From the NCBI GenBank assembly GCA_041742135.1, contig JBGSJG010000008.1, positions 96,518 to 160,517 of the forward strand: a stretch of DNA of 64,000 nt. Reading direction: 5' to 3'. A model generated the notes under the pieces. That model was not told where the DNA came from. It made no database searches and worked only from the letters and a program-made list of their open reading frames with translations. Origin of the DNA: Patescibacteria group bacterium (GTDB lineage Bacteria; Patescibacteriota; Microgenomatia; UBA8517). Below, piece after piece: positions 48,289 through 57,498 of the stretch; position 1 is the stretch's first letter; the number at the start of each line of letters is the position of its first letter. The translations under genes were made by a program, and so were the position numbers.

Positions 48289-49575
48289 ATGAATCTTCGC
48301 GTTTATGGCGGTACGGCGCTTTCCGGAGAAATTACTCCTTCAGGGAGTAAAAACGCTATAGTGGCGCTTCTTCCTTCAACTCTTCTGTTTGATAAACCAG
48401 TAACATTCACAAACGTCCCCGACATTACCGATGTAGGCAGACTTGTAAAAGTATTAACTGCGTTGGGTGGCAAAGTTGACTGGAATAAAGCAGAGAAGAA
48501 GATGGTTATAGATAACTCGAATGTATCCATGAAGGGTTTGGGAAAAGAAGAGGTCGGAAATATGAGGGGCACGGCACTTTTATGGGGGCCAATGTTGGCA
48601 CGTTTCAGAAGTGTAGCATTTGATGAACTTCCCGGAGGTTGTACATTAGGAGTTCGCCCGCTAAACCCTCATTACGATGCTTTTGAAAAATTGGGAGTTA
48701 AAGTTGACGCGAGCTTTAAAAGTACAAAAATGGATGCCGCAAACGCTCGCTCAGCTGACTTTTGGCTCACTGAAATGAGCCCAACCGTGACTGAGAACGT
48801 GATAATGTTTGCGACTTCGCTCCCCGGAAAAACAAGAATAACCGGTGCTGCTTCTGAGCCCAATGTTCAGGATCTCTGTGTCTTTTTAAATAAGTGCGGA
48901 GCAGATATCAAGGGAGTTGGCTCAAGTATTTTAGAGATCGAAGGCGGCAAGCCATTGTCTCCCGTGGAGCACAAAGTTATAAGCGACCATTACGAGATTG
49001 CAACTTTCCTTTCGCTCGCCGCGGCAACCGGAGGCGAAATTTCAATTAAGGATGCTATCCCTGAGCATTTTTCTTATATCAACCATATATTCTCGCGTTT
49101 TGGGGTTAATGTAATTTACGAGGGTACTACTGCAAAGATTGCCAGAAACTTAGAGCTTTCGATTCACTGCGAGAATGGACCTCTTCAAATAAAAGCTCAG
49201 CCATGGCCGGGATTACCAGTGGATTTACTTCCGATATTTATGCCACTGGCACTTGCCGCTCCTAAAAATGCAGCCCTTTTTCATAATTGGATGTATGAAT
49301 CTGGATTGTTTTGGACTTCAGAATTTTCAAAATTTGGTGCAAATGTTCTTCTGTGTGATCCTCATCGTGTGCTTATAACAGGCGGGCACAAACTTTACGG
49401 CAGTGAAATCGAAGCCCCATACATTATTCGAGCGGTGGTGGCCCTCATGATGGCAGCCATGATTGCTGAGGGTGAAAGCACAATACTAAACGCGGATGCA
49501 ATTCACCGGGGGCACCCGGACTTTGCTGAGAACTTAAAGAGTTTGGGTGCTAAAATCGAGGAAATTAATGGTTAA
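48289..49575 (+). CDS. murA: UDP-N-acetylglucosamine 1-carboxyvinyltransferase
   Basis: 'SGSKNA', 'PGGCTLGVRP', 'TEN', 'ASEP', 'PWPG.P.D', 'IHRG'. Confidence 0.93.
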   Translation: MNLRVYGGTALSGEITPSGSKNAIVALLPSTLLFDKPVTFTNVPDITDVGRLVKVLTALGGKVDWNKAEKKMVIDNSNVSMKGLGKEEVGNMRGTALLWGPMLARFRSVAFDELPGGCTLGVRPLNPHYDAFEKLGVKVDASFKSTKMDAANARSADFWLTEMSPTVTENVIMFATSLPGKTRITGAASEPNVQDLCVFLNKCGADIKGVGSSILEIEGGKPLSPVEHKVISDHYEIATFLSLAAATGGEISIKDAIPEHFSYINHIFSRFGVNVIYEGTTAKIARNLELSIHCENGPLQIKAQPWPGLPVDLLPIFMPLALAAPKNAALFHNWMYESGLFWTSEFSKFGANVLLCDPHRVLITGGHKLYGSEIEAPYIIRAVVALMMAAMIAEGESTILNADAIHRGHPDFAENLKSLGAKIEEING

Positions 49576-52030
49576 ATCTTCTAAAGCTAAGCTTTATTTC
49601 ACGCCAAAGACGAAAGTACACTTCATGGGAATTGGTGGAAGTGGCATGTCCGCAGTTGCCATGCTTGCCAATGCAGCTGGCTACGAAGTAGATGGTTGTG
49701 ATCAGTCACCCGCGACACCGTATATGAAAGAGCTTGCTCAGATAAATATCAAAACTGGCCACTCAAAAGATCATGTAAAAGGAAAAATTTTGGTTATTAG
49801 CCCGGCGATCAGTTTTATTAAACCCACTCCAGACGAAGTTCGCGCGGCCAAAAAAGTTATAACTTGGCAGGAGCTTTTGGGAAAAGAAATCGTGCAAGAC
49901 AAGAGCGTTATTGCAGTAGCTGGAACTCATGGCAAGTCTACTACCACGGCCATGCTTGCCTTAATCTTTGAGCAGGCGAAGTTAGACCCCGGAGTTATGA
50001 TTGGCGCAAAAGTCCCACAGTGGAACAGCAACTTTCGAGTTGGTCAGGGTAAGAATTTTATCGTTGAAGCGGACGAATTTAATGACAATTTCCTAAATTA
50101 CTCCCCAGAGATAGCCATAATCAACAATATCGAGTTCGATCACCCTGATTATTTTAAAGACGAGCCTCAGCTCATAAATAGTTTTAAGAATTTTATTTCT
50201 CGTCTTAAAGGTAGAAAAATATTAATTTTTAATTCTGACTCGAAGATTTTGTCTGATTTAGTCAAAGCAGCTGATAAGGATATTACGCGTATTAGCTATA
50301 GTTTAATAGATGAAAGCGCAGACGTTTATGGAAAGATAGTTAAAAAATCGTTAGCAGAAACTCGCTTTTCAGTCGTTTCAAAAAAGCTAAATGTTAATTT
50401 TACTTTTACGCTTAAGTTGGCAGGGGACTACAATGTGTCAAATGCTTTGGGTGCAATTGCTGCGGCAGTTTCCTGTTCAATAGACAAAAGTACCATAAAC
50501 GCTTCCCTTTCTAGCTTTTATGGAATTGGTAGACGTATGGAATTACTTGGCAAACCTGCCGGGGTTTTTGTTTATGATGATTATGCTCATCACCCTACAG
50601 CAATAAGAGAAACTCTTAAAGCACTGAGGCAAAGACATCATAAATCAAGAGTTACTGCTGTGATTGAGCCTCACTCTTTTTCTCGTACAAAAGCACTTCT
50701 GAATCAGTATAAAGGGGTATTTGAAAACGCTGATCGCGTTATAGTAGCACCAATTTTTAAAGCTAGAGACTCAGCAAATTTTGGAATTAGTTCAAATTCA
50801 ATAGTTAAAGTAGTCACTCACGGCAACATCCATGCTGCAAAAACATTGCATGATGCCACCGAAATGGCATTAAAAGGAGTAAAGAAGGGTGATGTGATTA
50901 TTGTTATGGGTGCGGGGCAAAGTAACGTTATTGCTACAGATTTAGTCAAGGCACTGTCTTTAAAAATATATAAAAATTACTCGTTAAAGAAGCTAAACAC
51001 TTTCAGAGTAGATGTGAAGGCTAAGCAATTTGTGGATGTTGAATCCGAGTTGGCTCTTAAACGATTGCTCAGCGATAAAAAAGTTAGAGCTGAAAAAAGG
51101 CTAATTATCGGGGCTGCAGCAAATATCCTTTTTACAAAAGATTTTGATGGGTTAGTCATTAAAAACTCTATAAAGGGAATCAGTTTAATTAGTGAAAGTA
51201 AAAATTATGTTACTCTCGAGGTAGGATCTGGCGAGAGCTGGCATGAATTGGTTATGTATAGCGTTAAAAACGGATGGGCTGGTATTGAAAATTTAGTTTA
51301 CATCCCAGGACTTGTTGGTGCGGCTCCGGTGCAAAATATTGCAGCTTATGGCCAGAATTTCTCAGACGTGTTTGTTAGCCTTGACGCTATAGATACTAAA
51401 ACAGGCAAAAAGAAAGTTTTCAGTAAAGAGGACTGCATGTTTGGTTATAGAGATAGTTATTTTAAGTCAAAAGCTCCGGGTCGGTTTGTTGTCACAAAAG
51501 TTAGACTAAAGCTCGCAAAAACCGCTCATATTAATACTTCGTATTTTGAAACAGGTAAGACTTTTGCAAAAAATGTTTCACTTGAGCAAGAGTTAGCATT
51601 AATCGCAAAGCCACCTTATACAATTCACGACGTTGCAATGGCAGTTATGAGTATTCGCAAAAAGAAACTTCCTGAAGTCTCCGACGTAGGAACTGTTGGT
51701 AGTTTTTTTAAAAACCCTGTTATTACTAAAGAGAAATACTTAGCACTTAAAGAGGCAGATCCTGATTTGCAATCTTACCCAGTCGAAGACTTGAGGTACA
51801 CAAAAAAAGTAAACGGCGAGATGGTCAAAATCCCGGCCGCCAGACTTTTAGATACTCTAGGATGGAAAGGCAAAAAAATTGGCAAAGTGGGAACACACCC
51901 CACACAAGCGCTTGCTGTAGTTAATTACGGAGCCAAGCCTAAGGATATTTTGAAATTTACGAGACAGATGCAAAAGGCGGTACTGGATAAGTTTGGAATC
52001 GAGCTTGAGCCGGAGGTCGTAATTATATGA
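49568..52030 (+). CDS. murC: MurC-MurB fusion protein
   Basis: N-terminal: 'GIGGSGMS', 'GTHGKSTTT', 'EADE', 'DDYAHHP'; C-terminal: 'LNTF', 'IPG.VGAAPVQNI.AYG', 'GSFFKNP', 'LEPEV'. Confidence 0.92.
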   Translation: MVKSSKAKLYFTPKTKVHFMGIGGSGMSAVAMLANAAGYEVDGCDQSPATPYMKELAQINIKTGHSKDHVKGKILVISPAISFIKPTPDEVRAAKKVITWQELLGKEIVQDKSVIAVAGTHGKSTTTAMLALIFEQAKLDPGVMIGAKVPQWNSNFRVGQGKNFIVEADEFNDNFLNYSPEIAIINNIEFDHPDYFKDEPQLINSFKNFISRLKGRKILIFNSDSKILSDLVKAADKDITRISYSLIDESADVYGKIVKKSLAETRFSVVSKKLNVNFTFTLKLAGDYNVSNALGAIAAAVSCSIDKSTINASLSSFYGIGRRMELLGKPAGVFVYDDYAHHPTAIRETLKALRQRHHKSRVTAVIEPHSFSRTKALLNQYKGVFENADRVIVAPIFKARDSANFGISSNSIVKVVTHGNIHAAKTLHDATEMALKGVKKGDVIIVMGAGQSNVIATDLVKALSLKIYKNYSLKKLNTFRVDVKAKQFVDVESELALKRLLSDKKVRAEKRLIIGAAANILFTKDFDGLVIKNSIKGISLISESKNYVTLEVGSGESWHELVMYSVKNGWAGIENLVYIPGLVGAAPVQNIAAYGQNFSDVFVSLDAIDTKTGKKKVFSKEDCMFGYRDSYFKSKAPGRFVVTKVRLKLAKTAHINTSYFETGKTFAKNVSLEQELALIAKPPYTIHDVAMAVMSIRKKKLPEVSDVGTVGSFFKNPVITKEKYLALKEADPDLQSYPVEDLRYTKKVNGEMVKIPAARLLDTLGWKGKKIGKVGTHPTQALAVVNYGAKPKDILKFTRQMQKAVLDKFGIELEPEVVII

Positions 52031-53412
52031 AATCAATCAAAGGTGTCACTGATGACTCTAGAAAAGTTAAAAAAGGCTTTGTTTTTGTGGCAATAAAAGG
52101 AGAGCATTTTGATGGCAACGATTATATTTCAGAAGCTATCGATAATGGGGCGGCTGAAATTGTAAGCGAAAAGAAAATGCCGATAAACTGGGACTCTAAG
52201 GTCAATTACCGAAAGGTTGCCAATGCCCGTCGTGAGCTCTCGTTATTGGCTTGTGAATTTTACGCCAATCCTTCAAAAAAAATGACGGTTATTGGTGTTA
52301 CAGGGTCGGACGGAAAAACGACAACTTCCCATATGATTTATGAAGTTTTAAAAAAAGCTGGTAAGCCAGTGGGTTTGATTTCAACAATCTCGGCAAAGAT
52401 CAAAAATCGTGAAGTCGATACGGGCTTTCATGTTACAAATCCTGAGCCTCTAGAATTACAAAAACTGCTATCTCAAATGGTCAAATCAGGACTTGACTAT
52501 GTTGTTTTGGAGGTAACTTCGCATGGCATTGATCAAGAGCGAATTGCTGGAATCAATTTCGATTTGGCGGTTTTGACAAATATCACACACGAGCATCTTG
52601 ATTATCATAAAACTTTTAGTAAGTATCGGGATACCAAGCTTAGGTTGTTTTTGGATGCGAAAACTTCTGTCCTAAATAAAGATGATAAAAATTACGATTA
52701 TTTGAGTGGGAAAATTAAAAATAAAAAAATCTCTTATTCTTTGAATCAAGACGCAGATTTCACTCCTTCTACTCTTGAGCTTGATAAATTAATGGGCTTA
52801 TCACTTCCAGAAGTTGGTTCATACAATATTCAAAATGCTCTTGCTGCCGCGGCAACTGCCTCGGTACTCGGAGTTTCACTCAAAATAACTCAAGATGCTT
52901 TGGCAAAAATGCAATTGCCCAAAGGCAGGCTCCAGAGAATAAAAAACACAAAAGGAGTCAACCTGTACGTCGATTTTGCCCATACGCCAAATGCACTGCA
53001 GCAAGTTCTCGGGTTACTTAAAGAGCAAACGGAAGGCAAATTGATTGTCGTTTTTGGTTGCGCCGGAGAGCGAGACAAGCAAAAACGCTCAATGATGGCT
53101 AGAATTGCAACAGATATCTCTGATTTTTCAGTCTTTACGGCTGAAGACCCCAGAAGTGAAAAGATTGAAGATATCTTGGCGCAAATGGAATTAGGAGTTA
53201 AAAACAAAAAAGCTGCACGTTTCAAAATAGCCGAGCGGGGTGAGGCAATCAGTTTTGCCGTAAACGAGCTGTCAAAAGCCGGAGATACATTGGTCATAAC
53301 AGGTAAAGCGCACGAAAAAAGTATGGCTTATAATGGTATTGAATATCCATGGAGCGACTTTGAGGCAGTTGATATGGCGCTAAAGGGCAAGACTTTAAAA
53401 ATTAAAAGATGA
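52027..53412 (+). CDS. murE: UDP-MurNAc-tripeptide synthetase MurE
   Basis: 'DSRKV', 'GVTGSDGKTTT', 'EVTSH', 'HLDYH', 'DFAHTP', 'GCAGERD', 'EDPR'. Confidence 0.93.
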   Translation: MKSIKGVTDDSRKVKKGFVFVAIKGEHFDGNDYISEAIDNGAAEIVSEKKMPINWDSKVNYRKVANARRELSLLACEFYANPSKKMTVIGVTGSDGKTTTSHMIYEVLKKAGKPVGLISTISAKIKNREVDTGFHVTNPEPLELQKLLSQMVKSGLDYVVLEVTSHGIDQERIAGINFDLAVLTNITHEHLDYHKTFSKYRDTKLRLFLDAKTSVLNKDDKNYDYLSGKIKNKKISYSLNQDADFTPSTLELDKLMGLSLPEVGSYNIQNALAAAATASVLGVSLKITQDALAKMQLPKGRLQRIKNTKGVNLYVDFAHTPNALQQVLGLLKEQTEGKLIVVFGCAGERDKQKRSMMARIATDISDFSVFTAEDPRSEKIEDILAQMELGVKNKKAARFKIAERGEAISFAVNELSKAGDTLVITGKAHEKSMAYNGIEYPWSDFEAVDMALKGKTLKIKR

Positions 53413-54536
53413 AAAAAAATATTGCAGTCTGTTTCGGGGGAGTATCTCCCGAGCATGAAGTTTCCGTTATTACTGGCCTGCAGGTGATGGAGCAGATTGA
53501 CCGAGATTTATTTGAGCCATTTGCGATTTATTTTACCAAAGAAGGACTTCTTAAGTTTCAAGATATTAAAAAGCGACATGACTTTAAAGTCGATGGGGGA
53601 AAAATTGTGAATTTTGCCAAAGATGAAAAAGGCGTTTATTTTATTGGTAGCACTCCCCTAGCCAAGAGAGTATATGTAGACTCGGCATATCTTGCTTTTC
53701 ATGGAGGATATGGGGAAGCTGGGCCCGTTCAAGGCTTTTTTGAAACGCTTGAATTGCCCTTTACATCTCCGCCCTTGGAAGCCTCGGCGATATCTATGAA
53801 TAAGCAGCTGACTCGGCAGGTTTTGTCACAGAACACGATAAATGTTGTCCGGGGGGTTTCAGTTTTTTCGGATGATGTGCTCAAAGACCCCGATGTTACA
53901 ATGCAAAAAGTGAAGAAGGAAATTGGATTGCCCGCAATAATTAAGCCTGTACATTTAGGTAGCAGTATCGGAATTAATGTTGCCAAAAAAGAAGTGGAGC
54001 TTAAAAAGTTTTTACTAGAAGCGGCCCATGTTGATAGCGAGATTTTGGTAGAGAAGCTTCTTGTCAACTTCGTAGAATATAATTGCTCGGTACGCGCAGT
54101 TGACGGAAAACTTGAAGCAAGCGAAGTGGAGCGACCCATCAAGTCGGATGAGATCTTAAGCTTTGCCGATAAATACCAAAAGGGTGGAAATAAAAAAGCT
54201 GCAGGGATGGCGTCGCTTGTGCGGGAACTCCCAGCTAAAATTCCAGTAAGTCTTAAAGATAAAATTCAAAAAATTGCGCGTGAAGTATTTAAAGCTACTA
54301 GATGCAAAGGACTGGTTAGAATTGATTTTATGGTAACTAGTGATAACGAAGTCTATGTAACTGAAGTAAATCCAATTCCTGGATCGATGGCTTTTTATCT
54401 GTGGGAAGCAAGCGGAGTTAGTTTTACTAAGCAAATTACTGATTTAATTGAGCAAAGCATCGTTGATTTCAAGAGTAAAGTGGGGAAAAAACTAGATTAT
54501 CAAAGTGATATTGTCGAGAAGTTTGTAAAAGTTTAG
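53409..54536 (+). CDS. ddl: D-alanine--D-alanine ligase
   Basis: 'GGVSPEHEVS', 'HGGYGE', 'KPVHLGSSIG', 'RIDF', 'EVNPIPGS'. Confidence 0.92.
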   Translation: MKKNIAVCFGGVSPEHEVSVITGLQVMEQIDRDLFEPFAIYFTKEGLLKFQDIKKRHDFKVDGGKIVNFAKDEKGVYFIGSTPLAKRVYVDSAYLAFHGGYGEAGPVQGFFETLELPFTSPPLEASAISMNKQLTRQVLSQNTINVVRGVSVFSDDVLKDPDVTMQKVKKEIGLPAIIKPVHLGSSIGINVAKKEVELKKFLLEAAHVDSEILVEKLLVNFVEYNCSVRAVDGKLEASEVERPIKSDEILSFADKYQKGGNKKAAGMASLVRELPAKIPVSLKDKIQKIAREVFKATRCKGLVRIDFMVTSDNEVYVTEVNPIPGSMAFYLWEASGVSFTKQITDLIEQSIVDFKSKVGKKLDYQSDIVEKFVKV

Positions 54537-55714
54537 TAGTAATTATCTCCAAGCTCCGGTTGCATTAGGACAAGATACTCTTTGGGGCTAAAGTTTTTTT
54601 TGATAATTTCCCAAGCATCAGTCATGCCTTCTGCAAGTAGTACTTCTTGGCTAATTCCTTCCAAGACTTCGTTGTGAAGAACAGTTTTGCAAAGGACTAC
54701 TTGCGCCTTGGATTCGGCTAATATTTTGCCGTATTCGAAGTTGGCATCTTTGTTTTCGCGCCCCAACTCTGGTATTCCCGCAGTAACTACAATTAGTTTT
54801 TTCTTCATTTGTTTTGCCAACAAAAGTGCATTTTTAAGCGTGAACTTTGCTGTGGTAAAGCTTATGTTGTAGCTTTCGTCAATTGTCTCAAAACCGTGAA
54901 GATCAATGATGTTTCCGCGTCTGTCTGGTTTGGCAAGTTTTTTAGCAGTATCATCGACAATATCTTTAGGAATTTTCAAAGCCTTGGCAACTGCCAACGC
55001 ATATTCAAGATTAGATTCCTTGTCGGAAATTTTAATCGCCCCAGCTTTTGCGTAATTAAAAACTTCGTGAAGCGCGATTTTAAGCTTTGCCTTGCTGCCA
55101 AATCTTTCCAAATGTTGGTCCCCCACGTTTGTTAAAATTGCGATGTCGGGCGGAGTTATCGCGCAACTTCTTTTAATTTCTCCGATAAAGTACGTATCCA
55201 TTTCGACTATTAAAATTTCAGTAGTTGTGTTTAAATTTTTTAGAATCCACGCAGCAATTCCTGTCGGCGTATTAATGTTGCCCGGAATCATCTGGGTTTT
55301 AAAGTTATAGCGAACCAGTTCGTAAATATAATTTTTGGTCGTGGTTTTGCCAAAGCTTCCTGCGACGGCTATAACTTTCCCGTTATATTTGTTAGCAAAA
55401 TGTTTTGCCGCGGATTTTTGGATGCCATGCTTAATACGCTCGTAAATCGGGTTTAAAACAATGTTTGCGAGAGCAACCCAAAAAGGAATCAAAAGAACCG
55501 TGAAAATAATCGTCAAGTATGATCCCAGAATGGTGAGCACTACGCTAAGTGCCAACGTAACCCTCACTCTTGAAGTTAAAACCAGCTTTTGCCGCTTTTG
55601 AAAGCCTCTTTTTAAAAAAAATCTGGAGATTAATTTTAAGTAGCGTTTAGTATCATACTCTTCGAGTTGAAGAAGGTACAAAAAGTCAAAGAAGGGGAAA
55701 ATTTTGTCAATCAT
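54533..55714 (-). CDS. murF: Membrane-anchored MurF-like Mur ligase
   Basis: N-terminal TM pair replaces domain 1; 'AGSFGKTTTK', 'NTPTG', 'VEM', 'QHLERFG', 'DESYN', 'ELG'; ATG at 55714 overlaps the hydrolase stop. Confidence 0.75.
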   Translation of the reverse strand: MIDKIFPFFDFLYLLQLEEYDTKRYLKLISRFFLKRGFQKRQKLVLTSRVRVTLALSVVLTILGSYLTIIFTVLLIPFWVALANIVLNPIYERIKHGIQKSAAKHFANKYNGKVIAVAGSFGKTTTKNYIYELVRYNFKTQMIPGNINTPTGIAAWILKNLNTTTEILIVEMDTYFIGEIKRSCAITPPDIAILTNVGDQHLERFGSKAKLKIALHEVFNYAKAGAIKISDKESNLEYALAVAKALKIPKDIVDDTAKKLAKPDRRGNIIDLHGFETIDESYNISFTTAKFTLKNALLLAKQMKKKLIVVTAGIPELGRENKDANFEYGKILAESKAQVVLCKTVLHNEVLEGISQEVLLAEGMTDAWEIIKKNFSPKEYLVLMQPELGDNYY

Positions 55715-56367
55715 ATAAATTTGTTTATGAGTCCCCAAAGTAAGTTTGGATTTTCAAACTGAATGTTGTGGCCGCTATTTTGAATTTCCTCAAACCTTGA
55801 GTGCTTTATAAGTGAATGCATTTTTTGCCCTATGGCAATAGGTGCTGTTTTATCTTTGGATCCCCAGATAATTAGCGTTGGGCATTTTATTTCTGGCAGT
55901 TGTTTTGTCATGTCGTAGTTAACAGATTTTTTGAAAACCTCGCCCAAGCCTTTTTCTATAGCTTCCTTGTACTCCATGTTTTTAGTTATCGATCTTTTCT
56001 TGGGAAAGAGTCGCTTGCCAACTTTATGTAAAACGATTTTAAGACGAATTTTTAAGGGTGGCATATACAAAAGAGGCGCGGCGACAAGAATCAGCTTTTT
56101 GACAAGCTCCGGATGATCAATGGCAACTTGTGCTGCAATTTTACCTCCAAAAGAATGGCCAACAAGCACAATGGAGTTAAGATTATTTTTCTTAATTTTT
56201 TTTGCTACCCACTGGGCATATTCTTTGATTCCCCAGTCTGAAGAAATTAGTTTTTCATTCCCAAATCCAGGAAGGTCCATTAGAAGAACGTCTCTATCAA
56301 ACTTTTGTGCAAAGCCTTGCCACGCTTCTTTTGAATGCCCCCATCCATGGAGGATTACTATTGGCAT
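55711..56367 (-). CDS. Alpha/beta-fold hydrolase
   Basis: 'LHGWG', 'DLPGFG', 'GHSFGG' nucleophile elbow, 'WGSKD', 'SGH'. Confidence 0.9.
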   Translation of the reverse strand: MPIVILHGWGHSKEAWQGFAQKFDRDVLLMDLPGFGNEKLISSDWGIKEYAQWVAKKIKKNNLNSIVLVGHSFGGKIAAQVAIDHPELVKKLILVAAPLLYMPPLKIRLKIVLHKVGKRLFPKKRSITKNMEYKEAIEKGLGEVFKKSVNYDMTKQLPEIKCPTLIIWGSKDKTAPIAIGQKMHSLIKHSRFEEIQNSGHNIQFENPNLLWGLINKFI

Positions 56368-56436
56368 GTCCTTATTTTACTACAAACAACTTGTGCCGTG
56401 AAAAGTTGGGCAGAGATTGATATAATGAGTGGTACG

Positions 56437-57495
56437 ATGAATACTCCGTCAGTTCTGCCTTTAGCTCTCGGGCTCGTAATAGTGTCGTTTTTTGTTTCCA
56501 GCTCACTGATTGTTCCTTTTATCAATTTGCTTTATAGAATTAAGCTTGTAAGAAGGAGAGAAGGTGAGTTTGGGGGGAAGACAAAATCTCTTTTTGACAA
56601 ACTTCACGACAAAAAAGCAGGAACGCCCATAGGTGGAGGAATTATCTTAATTTTTATTACCACGATATTATTTTTTGTCATCCTTCCTTTTGCCGCAAAA
56701 ATGGGACTTTTTATTCATACTTCTTTTAACCTGCGAGACGAGCTTGTGGTAATTTTTGTAACCTTTGTTTCGTTTGGGCTTTTGGGGCTACTTGATGACG
56801 TGGTCAAGATTTTTGGTAAACCGAAAGCTGGCAAAATTGGCGCAGTTTTTGGTATGACCAAGCTTCAGAAATTTGCTCTACAGTGGATTTTGGGGCTTAT
56901 CATTGGATTCCTGATTTATAATAATCTTGGAATTAGAATCCTTCATATCCCACTTTTTGAAATAGTTATTAATCTTGGTCCTCTTTATATTCCATTTGCT
57001 GCTTTTGTGATTGTGTTTTTTGCGAACGCTTTTAATCTTACTGACGGCTTGGACGGCTTGGCATCGGGACTTTTGATGATTTATCTGTTTGCCTACATAA
57101 TCATCGCAATTGAGCACTTGGACACTCCACTGTTTATGTTTATTTCAATTTGGCTTGGGTCGATTATTGCTTTTCTTTATTTCAATATTCCGCCTGCCAG
57201 AATTTTTTTGGGCGACACCGGGGCTCTAAGCTTTGGGGCAATGATCGCGGTTATTGGGCTTATGATCGGAAACGTGGCTACACTGTTTATTATCGGCGGA
57301 TTATTTGTGTTTGAAGCAGCTTCTTCTTTGATTCAGATGGCTGGCTGGAAGTATCTTAAGCGCGGCATTTTTCCTTTGGCGCCGATTCACCATGCCCTTG
57401 AAGCCATGGGTTGGGAAGAGCCAAAAATTGTAATGCGTGCTTGGCTGGCAGCTTTAATGCTGGCTGTCTTCGGCCTTTGGTTGACTACTATATGA
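56437..57495 (+). CDS. mraY: Phospho-N-acetylmuramoyl-pentapeptide transferase
   Basis: 'KKAGTPIGGG', 'LLDD', 'NLTDGLDGL', 'FLGDTG', 'APIHH'; start placed after TGa-TATAAT (56418-56426). Confidence 0.94.
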   Translation: MNTPSVLPLALGLVIVSFFVSSSLIVPFINLLYRIKLVRRREGEFGGKTKSLFDKLHDKKAGTPIGGGIILIFITTILFFVILPFAAKMGLFIHTSFNLRDELVVIFVTFVSFGLLGLLDDVVKIFGKPKAGKIGAVFGMTKLQKFALQWILGLIIGFLIYNNLGIRILHIPLFEIVINLGPLYIPFAAFVIVFFANAFNLTDGLDGLASGLLMIYLFAYIIIAIEHLDTPLFMFISIWLGSIIAFLYFNIPPARIFLGDTGALSFGAMIAVIGLMIGNVATLFIIGGLFVFEAASSLIQMAGWKYLKRGIFPLAPIHHALEAMGWEEPKIVMRAWLAALMLAVFGLWLTTI

Positions 57496-57498
57496 AAA

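Noticed and set aside
53409-56367. Van-type glycopeptide resistance cassette (D-Ala-D-Lac ligase + dipeptidase)
   Set aside because: Ddl keeps the omega-loop Tyr ('ADKY'); the hydrolase is a Ser alpha/beta enzyme, not VanX/VanY; no VanH or VanRS
54521-56387. Invertible (phase-variable) murF-hydrolase segment bounded by GTTTGTA/TACAAAC
   Set aside because: Only a 7-bp inverted match in AT-rich DNA, one copy lies inside ddl, and there is no recombinase nearby
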